From sequence record DRR723986_13328: a stretch of 20,000 bases of DNA. The stretch is one strand, 5' to 3'. The position numbers and the translations under genes are program-made. This document shows positions 6,135 through 13,391 of the stretch, piece by piece; the first letter of the stretch is position 1; each line of letters begins with the position of its first letter. The notes under the pieces are model-generated. The model made no database searches. It saw only the letters and a list, made by a program, of their open reading frames with translations, and was not told where the DNA came from.

Positions 6135-8981
6135 TCACTTAAGTAAAACTGCATGCCCCATAAATTCAAAAATTTGATCCGTTGCAGTTTCACCAAATTC
6201 CAAGGTCCAAATAAATACATTTGAGTTTTCAAGCTCATGGTTTAAATAGGTACCGTCCCATCCGATTAAAGGGTCATATGATTCGAAAATTAATTCACCC
6301 CAGCGATTGAAAATAGAGAAATGATACCGGTTGTGGTCGAGCCCAGAATAAAAAACAGGAATAAAAACAGGGTTTTTAAAATTTGGGGTAAATGCGTTCG
6401 GAACATAGAAAATTTGTTCTGTATTCACGATAAGATTTAAATAAGCTGTGTCTTTGCAATGCTCACTTGAAGCAATTAAATTGACTGTAATTCCTCCAGG
6501 ATTAACGTACAAGTGATTTGGTTCAAAATCTGTAGAAAATTGTCCATCACCAAAAATCCATTCCCAATTTATAGAATTTGATGAATTATTAACAAATTGA
6601 ACAGCCTCTTCTGTAGTAATTAGAGTATTGGAAGTAGTAAAACTTGCTTCGGGCTCAATGTAGATTTCTATTGTGTCAGAGGCATTAATCGTACATCCGT
6701 TTGAGTCAATAATTGTTAAATCAATTGAATAAATACCACTGTTATTGTAGTAATGTATAAAAGATGTTTGGTTAAACATGTGGCCATCTCCACTGTCCCA
6801 ATTTACAGAGATAAAATCTTCATTTCCCGATATGCCCACGATATTAAAATAAACCGGCTCATTGGGACATGCATCTTCTAAATTAATAGCGTATGATGAA
6901 GGGATGAAATATCCAACTGTAATACTGTCTCTATAAACTTGACAGGCGTTAGATTGTTCAACCCAATAAATTCCAGCTTGATCTACAAAATATTGATCTG
7001 AATTGCTGCCATCCTGCCAAACTGGATTGGATCCAGGGCTATTCACCATCAAATTTAAAGTTTCTCCAGGACACAATAGTGTATCATTGGTGAACGATTC
7101 AAGAATTGGGTCAATGAATTGAACATCTATAGTGTCTGAATATGTACAACTGTTGTCACTTACTGTCAGCCAGAATTGTCCACTGCTTTGTGCAGAAAGT
7201 GTTGGATTTGATGATAAATCACTCCATAGATAATTTGGATTTCCTGGGCTTGTCCCATCAATCACGAACGGCAAACCAGAACAAATAATTGTATCATTTC
7301 CTAAGTTGATGTCTGATAGAGTAGAAAAAGAGATGTGGATAGTGTCACTTACTTCGCAGTTATTAATATCTGTTATGGTCAACCATGGACTGCTGGTTGA
7401 GTTAACTGAAAGAGTAGGGTTTGTACTTAAGTCTGACCATAGATAATCAACTGCCCCCACAGTTGTACCATCTATAAGGATCGAATTGTTTATGCAAAGT
7501 GTCGTGTCATTACCCAAATTTAGAGCAAGTGGGCTGGTGAAGTCCACTTGAATTGTATCATAGTATGCACAGAAATTATCAGAAACTGTAACGGAATAAG
7601 TTCCTGTACTGCTTAAGGAAATAGATGCGTTAGTATTCATGTTATTCCATAAATAACTTGTTGCACCTACAGTTGTGGCATCAATAAGAAAAGATTGTCC
7701 CGCACATATCAAAGTGTCTGGACCTAAGTCCACGTTTAGAGTCGTGGAATAAGCAATTGCAATTGTATCTGTAAATACACAGCTATTATTGTCTTCAACG
7801 GTTACCCAGACATCTCCGGCAGAACTTGCGTTGTAAGTTGGAAGAGTGGTTAAATCAGACCATAAAAAGTTGTTTGCTCCTGAATTGCTTAAGTCTAGTA
7901 ATAGAGTTGAATTTGGACATAAAGTGGTGTCATTGCCCAGTGTGAAGTTTGGCAAGTTGTGCACCCCAAAGTAAAAATGATAGGTTGTGTAAGGGCAGCC
8001 TCCAGCGCTAATCTCGCAATAATAATCTCCGGTATCGCTCAGACTCACATTATTAATAGGTAGAAAATAAGATGATCCAACTGGTGCTCCTTGAAAGGTC
8101 CAATTATATGTGTATGTAAAAGAAGTATCGACAAGCGTTAAAGCCGTATCACTGTCTAGACAAGAAAAAACTGTGTCAGAATTTGAAGATGTAGAGCACC
8201 CTATGTGTGACCAATTAGATTGACAACCTGTCAATCCAAAATCATTGAGCACACCGTCAAATGAATTTGAACTTGAATCAACAAGAGTCGTTTGCCCCGC
8301 ATTATTGGCGCCCACGAATCCATTGTCCGCATAATAAAGAGCTAAGAGATCTGGTTCATTTCCGGATAGATTTGAATTCATGAATTGACTGATTTCGGCA
8401 GCTGTACGTGTGTCACCCCAAACGCGTATATCCCGTAAAAAACCGTTATAGAATTGAGAGCTATTGAGATTTGTCCCTGTACCGATATCCCATTCTTGTC
8501 CCAAACTATAGTTGTCTGCCGCTATAAGAACAAAATCGGCATTATGCGTACCCACCAATATGCCATCAATATAAACGCTTCCTAAGTTTCCGTCTCTTGA
8601 ATAAGCAATGTGATGACAAACATTGTCCCCAATTACTTGAGTGCTCATGAAGTCACTCTGTGTCCCCCAACTGCCTTGATCATAAATCATAAGATGACCA
8701 GTCTGTGTAGTGTTTCCTCCCAAAATTATTAGAAGTCTATTCCCGCCTGTTGGAGTATTTACCGAAAACAAAGATGTCCGAATGCTACTTGTTTGATCAT
8801 TTAAATCTCCTTTCATCCAAAATTCAAATGTAAAATTCTGAGATCCAGCAAGCGTATCACTTAATGAATTCATATTCACATAATCATCAATTCCATCAAA
8901 ATGTAAACTATTCGCAGGTGCTTGAGCAGACAATTCAAATGACATGAAAGTCATGAAAAGAATAAGAAGTGTTTTTTTCAT
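6135..8981 (-). CDS. T9SS type B (gliding-motility CTD/CHU_C) surface protein: LamG-like domain + Ig-like repeats + two PKD domains
   Basis: Likely start is MKKTLLILF at 8981, not 9017 (signal peptide; promoter at 8991-9022). LamG LHFDGIDDYV...FTFEFW...HHIAYS...YIDG...IRVW; PKD WDSGDG and WIFGDG; CTD YVPNAFTPN...IFNRWGELIFES...WDGTY. Confidence 0.9.
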   Translation of the reverse strand: MKKTLLILFMTFMSFELSAQAPANSLHFDGIDDYVNMNSLSDTLAGSQNFTFEFWMKGDLNDQTSSIRTSLFSVNTPTGGNRLLIILGGNTTQTGHLMIYDQGSWGTQSDFMSTQVIGDNVCHHIAYSRDGNLGSVYIDGILVGTHNADFVLIAADNYSLGQEWDIGTGTNLNSSQFYNGFLRDIRVWGDTRTAAEISQFMNSNLSGNEPDLLALYYADNGFVGANNAGQTTLVDSSSNSFDGVLNDFGLTGCQSNWSHIGCSTSSNSDTVFSCLDSDTALTLVDTSFTYTYNWTFQGAPVGSSYFLPINNVSLSDTGDYYCEISAGGCPYTTYHFYFGVHNLPNFTLGNDTTLCPNSTLLLDLSNSGANNFLWSDLTTLPTYNASSAGDVWVTVEDNNSCVFTDTIAIAYSTTLNVDLGPDTLICAGQSFLIDATTVGATSYLWNNMNTNASISLSSTGTYSVTVSDNFCAYYDTIQVDFTSPLALNLGNDTTLCINNSILIDGTTVGAVDYLWSDLSTNPTLSVNSTSSPWLTITDINNCEVSDTIHISFSTLSDINLGNDTIICSGLPFVIDGTSPGNPNYLWSDLSSNPTLSAQSSGQFWLTVSDNSCTYSDTIDVQFIDPILESFTNDTLLCPGETLNLMVNSPGSNPVWQDGSNSDQYFVDQAGIYWVEQSNACQVYRDSITVGYFIPSSYAINLEDACPNEPVYFNIVGISGNEDFISVNWDSGDGHMFNQTSFIHYYNNSGIYSIDLTIIDSNGCTINASDTIEIYIEPEASFTTSNTLITTEEAVQFVNNSSNSINWEWIFGDGQFSTDFEPNHLYVNPGGITVNLIASSEHCKDTAYLNLIVNTEQIFYVPNAFTPNFKNPVFIPVFYSGLDHNRYHFSIFNRWGELIFESYDPLIGWDGTYLNHELENSNVFIWTLEFGETATDQIFEFMGHAVLLK
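6890..7950 (-). repeat. Five ~70-aa Ig-like repeats (LGNDTTLC...YLWSD...G-x-x-WVTV...C...DTI)
   Basis: Repeat heads LGNDTTLC (~7940), LGPDTLIC (~7728), LGNDTTLC (~7518), LGNDTIIC (~7305), FTNDTLLC (~7094); period about 210 nt. Confidence 0.85.
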
Positions 8982-8990
8982 TGGGTCCAA

Positions 8991-9022
8991 CAAAAGTATG
9001 CTTTTTCCATGTACCATCCAAA
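8991..9022 (-). promoter_or_regulatory. Bacteroidota housekeeping promoter for the LamG/PKD gene
   Basis: Minus strand: TTTG (9022-9019), 20 nt, then TACTTTTG (8998-8991); a full consensus match. Confidence 0.8.
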
Positions 9023-9087
9023 ATACTGTGACTGATGGTAATTCGTGGACTTATGGATTAATTTCATTTTTTTATTTGCCATCCCGA

Positions 9088-9115
9088 TAGGGGTAAACAC
9101 TTTTTTATTTGTCAT
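9088..9115 (+). promoter_or_regulatory. Putative ECF-sigma promoter, copy 3 (TAGGGGTA-N13-TTGTCAT)
   Basis: TAGGGGTA aacacttttttat TTGTCAT, 25 nt before ATG 9141. Confidence 0.8.
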
Positions 9116-9140
9116 CAATGTGAATAAAGCATTATAACAA

Positions 9141-11501
9141 ATGAAAACAAAAAATCTTATCCTAATCCTGGGACTTTTAATGGCGAATTTTTCAATTGGC
9201 CAAGAGTTAAAACAAACCTTAAGAGGAACAATTATCGATTTTGATTCTAAGGTTCCATTAATCGGGGCAAAAGTTATTGTAATAGGTACAGACCCTTTAC
9301 AAGGAGCAGTTACTGATGTTAATGGCGATTTTAAAATTGAGCAAGTGAATGTTGGGAGGGTTGCTATTCAAATTACAAGTACGGGCTATAAACCCATTTC
9401 ATTGCCTTCGGTTTTAATTGAATCAGGGAAAGAAAAAATTCTCAATGTCGAAATGACTGAAGATATTAAAACCCTAGGCGCAATTGAAGTAAAGGCTCAG
9501 AAAAATAAGTCAGAGTCCATTAATAAAATGGCAACCGTCAGTGCTAAAACTTTCACTGTCGAAGAAACTAATAGATATGCGGGTTCACTTAATGATCCGG
9601 CACGAATGGTTTCTGGATTTGCAGGGGTGACCGGTGATGCAGAAGGAGATAATGATATTGTTGTGAGAGGGAATTCCCCACGTGGAATTTTATGGCGACT
9701 AGAAGGAATTGATATTCCAAATCCTAATCATTTTTCAGATAACGGGGCGACAGGTGGCCCTATTAATGCACTCAACGGGTCAGTTTTGGCAAATTCTGAT
9801 TTCTTTTCAGGTGCTTTCGCGCCAGAATATGGGAATGCCTTATCTGGAGTGTTTGATGTCAAAATGAGAACTGGAAATAATGAAAAACGTGAGTATTCTT
9901 TTTCTGCAGGTGTGATAGGTTTAGACGGAACATTAGAAGGACCATTTTCTAAAAATTATCGAGGTTCTTATATGGTGAATTATCGCTATTCTTCAATCGC
10001 CCTTTTAGATAAAGCTGGAATTCTAGATTTTGATGGGATTCCAATTTATCAAGATGCAGCTTTTAAATTCAATTTTCCAACCAAAAAAACAGGAACTTTT
10101 ACATTGATTGGACTCGGAGGTATGTCCAAAATAGACCAAACAGATCAAAACGATTCAACAGGTCAAGTCTATGGAAGATATGATTTCAGAGCAAATTTAG
10201 GGGTGGTAGGATTGAAACACACAATAATTGCAAGTCCAAAGCTTTACTTCAAGAGTTTCATCTCAGCATCAACTCAATACAATGGTGGAGAAGGACATTT
10301 TTTAAATCAAGATAGTGTCCTGTTTTTCGCTGAACAAGAGGGAAATACAGATAATCAGTTGAAAGCTCAAACAATTGCGAACTATAAATTGAATAAGAAG
10401 AATATTTTTCAATTGGGCGCCACCTATACGCATTTGAATTATCACTTCTTTTATGAAGATGATTATAATGACGAAGATGGAATCATGACACGGCATACAA
10501 ACTCGAAAGGAAATGCCGATATGCTTCAATCTTTTTTAAGCTGGAAGTATAGAATTACAAATGATCTGACTGTGGTGTCTGGATTACATTATACGCACTA
10601 TATGCTCAATGATAATTCGAAGATTGAACCGCGAATTGGTATGAAATGGCAAGTGCATCCAAGGCATAGCTTTTCTGCAGGTTTTGGAATGCATTCAAAA
10701 CTTGAGTCTCCTTCAGTATACTTATATAATGAGTTACAAGCAGACGGATCTTATCTATATCCCAATCGTGAATTAGATTTGACTAAAAGTACACATTACG
10801 TGGTTGGTTACGATTTTAGAGTTTCTGAAAATATGCGTTTCAAAACAGAACTCTATTATCAGCAACTTTCTAATATTCCTGTAGCAAAAGATACCTCTGC
10901 AGATTTCGGACATTTCAGTTTTGTGAATTGGTCATCTGGAGTTCCTGATTTCGAATTGGTCAATGAAGGGACTGGACGAAATTATGGTGCAGAAATTACA
11001 CTTGAAAGGTTCTTTGAAAACAACTACTATTTCTTAGTTACCGGATCAATTTATAAATCACAATATACAGGGTCTGACGGTATCCAAAGAGATTCAAGAT
11101 ATGATGCAAATTTCGCTGCGAATATTCTGGGAGGAAAAGAATTTAAATTCGGGAAGAAAAAGAATTTTAACAAGACGTTTGGTATCAATACAAAGGTTTC
11201 ACTTCTTGGAGGAAATCGATTTACACCAATTGATTTAGTAGCCTCACAAGATGCTGGTTATACTGTTCGTGATTGGTCAAATCCATGGGGACAGAAAGGT
11301 GAAAATGTGTTCTTTATCAATCTTGGCTTGACATACAGATGCGATATGAAACGGGCCAGCCATTCTTTTAAAATAGATATTCAGAATTTGACGAATAATC
11401 AGGCGGTGGTTTCTGAATACTATAACGGTAGAACGGGCAAGGTCGAAACAGATACTCAACTTTCCTTTATCCCAAACATTATTTACACGATTAAATTTTA
11501 G
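9141..11501 (+). CDS. TonB-dependent receptor (CarboxypepD_reg-like N-domain + plug + barrel; no STN; non-SusC)
   Basis: Signal peptide directly followed by LRGTIIDFDSKVPLIGAKV...TDVNGDFKI. Plug DPARMVSGFAGV...IVVRGNSPRGILWRLEGI...GAFAPEYGNALSGVFDV; barrel GTGRNYGAEITLER; C-terminal F. Confidence 0.93.
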   Translation: MKTKNLILILGLLMANFSIGQELKQTLRGTIIDFDSKVPLIGAKVIVIGTDPLQGAVTDVNGDFKIEQVNVGRVAIQITSTGYKPISLPSVLIESGKEKILNVEMTEDIKTLGAIEVKAQKNKSESINKMATVSAKTFTVEETNRYAGSLNDPARMVSGFAGVTGDAEGDNDIVVRGNSPRGILWRLEGIDIPNPNHFSDNGATGGPINALNGSVLANSDFFSGAFAPEYGNALSGVFDVKMRTGNNEKREYSFSAGVIGLDGTLEGPFSKNYRGSYMVNYRYSSIALLDKAGILDFDGIPIYQDAAFKFNFPTKKTGTFTLIGLGGMSKIDQTDQNDSTGQVYGRYDFRANLGVVGLKHTIIASPKLYFKSFISASTQYNGGEGHFLNQDSVLFFAEQEGNTDNQLKAQTIANYKLNKKNIFQLGATYTHLNYHFFYEDDYNDEDGIMTRHTNSKGNADMLQSFLSWKYRITNDLTVVSGLHYTHYMLNDNSKIEPRIGMKWQVHPRHSFSAGFGMHSKLESPSVYLYNELQADGSYLYPNRELDLTKSTHYVVGYDFRVSENMRFKTELYYQQLSNIPVAKDTSADFGHFSFVNWSSGVPDFELVNEGTGRNYGAEITLERFFENNYYFLVTGSIYKSQYTGSDGIQRDSRYDANFAANILGGKEFKFGKKKNFNKTFGINTKVSLLGGNRFTPIDLVASQDAGYTVRDWSNPWGQKGENVFFINLGLTYRCDMKRASHSFKIDIQNLTNNQAVVSEYYNGRTGKVETDTQLSFIPNIIYTIKF

Positions 11502-11505
11502 TAAA

Positions 11506-12666
11506 ATGAAAAAAGCATTAGTTTTAACACTTTTAAGTTGTATATGCAACTTACTATATTCTCAAAATGATACACTTAATTCTAGAATAACTCAAGTTTC
11601 GTTTTTTTATCCCATTGGAACCAATGGAATTGAGTCAACAAAATACACCAATAACTTTTCGTTTAACGTCCTTTATGGCCTCAACGGAGGTTTAAACGGT
11701 GTAGAATTTGGAGGACTCGTCAATTCAAATATTGGACATGTTCAAGGTGCTCAGTTCGCCGGAATTGCAAATATAAATGCGTCCGCTGCGAATGGAGTGA
11801 TAGCGGCAGGAATAGGAAATTTTATTGCCGACTCCTCCAACTCTATATGTTTGGCTGGTATTGCCAATGTAACAGGTTCAAACGTCCTCGGTTTGCAACT
11901 AGCCGGAATCACCAATACGGTAAATGGTGATGTTTCAGGTGGTCAAATAGCCGGGATTACCAACGCAAGTCATGGAGATTTCAAAGGGATTCAAGCAGCA
12001 GGAATTGCCAATGTTAATACCGGTAATTTTAAAGGTGCACAAGTAGCTGGTATTTCTAATTTTAATGGCGGTGATCTGCAAGGAGCTCAAATTGGTTTGA
12101 TAAATAGGGCGAAAAAAGTAAAGGGATTTCAGTTAGGACTGATAAATATCTCAAACGAATTTGAAAAAGGAGTACCACTCGGGTTAATCTCATTTGTTAG
12201 AAAAGGATATCATGCGATTGAATTATCAGGCGGTGAAACTGTGTATGGAAATCTAAACTTAAAATTAGGTGTAGATAAATTATATACCATCTATAAACTT
12301 GGATTCGCTTCACATGGAAGCAGTCAGTTTTTAACTTACGGCTTCGGTGTTGGAACGAAGGTAACGTTGTCAGAAAAATTGAATCTTTCAATTGATGGAT
12401 CTGGGAATCATGTAGTCCATCAAAACTTAAATCCAAATCTTGATTTGTTGGGTAAATTAGATCTTAATTTTAGATATGATTTAGGTGATCACTTTGACCT
12501 GTTTGCGGGACCTTCATTCAATGTTTATTTATCTCAACATGATTTAGAGACTGAAAAATCAGCCCTTAACGTTCCTTATAGCTTGTTCACACATAATTGG
12601 GGAAATGGAGAAGGTCAGACATACATGTGGATAGGAGCAAATGCCGGACTAAGCGTGAAGTTTTAA
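11506..12666 (+). CDS. Gly-rich repeat (LA_2272-like) outer-membrane protein; paralogue of 4278-6131 lacking the STN and CarboxypepD domains
   Basis: Signal peptide; QVSFFYPIGTNG...NNFSFNVLYG; about 11 G-x-Q-x-A-G-I-x-N repeats; GLISFVRKGYH...FAGPSFNV...WIGANAGLSVKF. Starts 4 nt after the TBDR stop. Confidence 0.85.
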   Translation: MKKALVLTLLSCICNLLYSQNDTLNSRITQVSFFYPIGTNGIESTKYTNNFSFNVLYGLNGGLNGVEFGGLVNSNIGHVQGAQFAGIANINASAANGVIAAGIGNFIADSSNSICLAGIANVTGSNVLGLQLAGITNTVNGDVSGGQIAGITNASHGDFKGIQAAGIANVNTGNFKGAQVAGISNFNGGDLQGAQIGLINRAKKVKGFQLGLINISNEFEKGVPLGLISFVRKGYHAIELSGGETVYGNLNLKLGVDKLYTIYKLGFASHGSSQFLTYGFGVGTKVTLSEKLNLSIDGSGNHVVHQNLNPNLDLLGKLDLNFRYDLGDHFDLFAGPSFNVYLSQHDLETEKSALNVPYSLFTHNWGNGEGQTYMWIGANAGLSVKF

Positions 12667-13391
12667 ATCAAATTCATTTCTTCTAGAAATGCTCTTCTTT
12701 TTCTTTGGGATATGACGATTTCGTCATTATTATCCATTAACACTTTCGAATCTGAACGGATAAACGAATTCACCTTATTTAAGTTAATGAGGTGACTGTG
12801 ATGCACTCTGAAAAAGTTAAGCTGTGAGAGCATACTTTCAAATTCTTTCAAGTTTTTTGAGGATAAAATTGCTTTTCCTTTTTCTAGAACACATAAGGTA
12901 TACTTACCATCTGCTTCGCATCTTACAAGATTATTTATATTGATGGTTTCAAATCCTGTACTGGTGGATACTGAAATCAAATTTGCTCCAGCTGCCATTT
13001 CAGCTTTTATTTTTGATAAAAGAGCTCCAGGAGGTTTAGATTTTTCTTCCACCTTTTTTACTGCACGAATAAAGTCATCAATATTGATAGGTTTTAACAA
13101 GTAATCGACAGCATTTACCTTGAAAGCATCTAATGCATAATGATTATAGGCTGTAATAAAAATGATGTGAAAATTTATGCCTTTAACCTCTTCTAGCAGG
13201 TCAAAGGCATTACCGTCTCCCAACTCAATATCTAAAAAAACCAGTTCAGGCTTTTTTGCTTTTATTTCTGCAATACCAGACTCCACAGAATTTGCTTCTC
13301 CAATTACTTCTAGTTTGGGAGCATATTCTTTAATGAATTTAGACATTACTGCCCTATTCAATTTCGTATCATCAACGATTAAAGTCTTCAT
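12663..13391 (-). CDS. LytTR-family response regulator
   Basis: Receiver TLIVDD...ELVFLDIEL...IIFITAYNHYALDAFKVNAVDYLLKP; LytTR domain FFRVHHSHLINL...ISQRKR. ATG at 13391 preferred over TTG at 13400; overlaps the kinase 3' end. Confidence 0.95.
   Translation of the reverse strand: MKTLIVDDTKLNRAVMSKFIKEYAPKLEVIGEANSVESGIAEIKAKKPELVFLDIELGDGNAFDLLEEVKGINFHIIFITAYNHYALDAFKVNAVDYLLKPINIDDFIRAVKKVEEKSKPPGALLSKIKAEMAAGANLISVSTSTGFETININNLVRCEADGKYTLCVLEKGKAILSSKNLKEFESMLSQLNFFRVHHSHLINLNKVNSFIRSDSKVLMDNNDEIVISQRKRRAFLEEMNLI

Noticed and set aside
8982-9017. N-terminal extension MVHGKSILLLDP of the LamG protein
   Set aside because: It overlaps the gene's consensus promoter; the signal peptide begins at ATG 8981.
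5130-12210. CRISPR array or DGR template/variable repeat pair suggested by the periodic repeats and the paralogous OMPs
   Set aside because: The repeats are degenerate in-frame protein repeats, the paralogues are diverged at DNA level, and there is no cas or reverse transcriptase gene.
10302-12436. Minus-strand ORFs 10302-10529, 11277-11549 and 12197-12436
   Set aside because: Antisense shadows of the TBDR and repeat OMP genes.
9141-12666. SusC/SusD polysaccharide utilisation locus
   Set aside because: The receptor is short (786 aa) and lacks SusC signatures, the downstream gene is not SusD-like, and there are no CAZymes.
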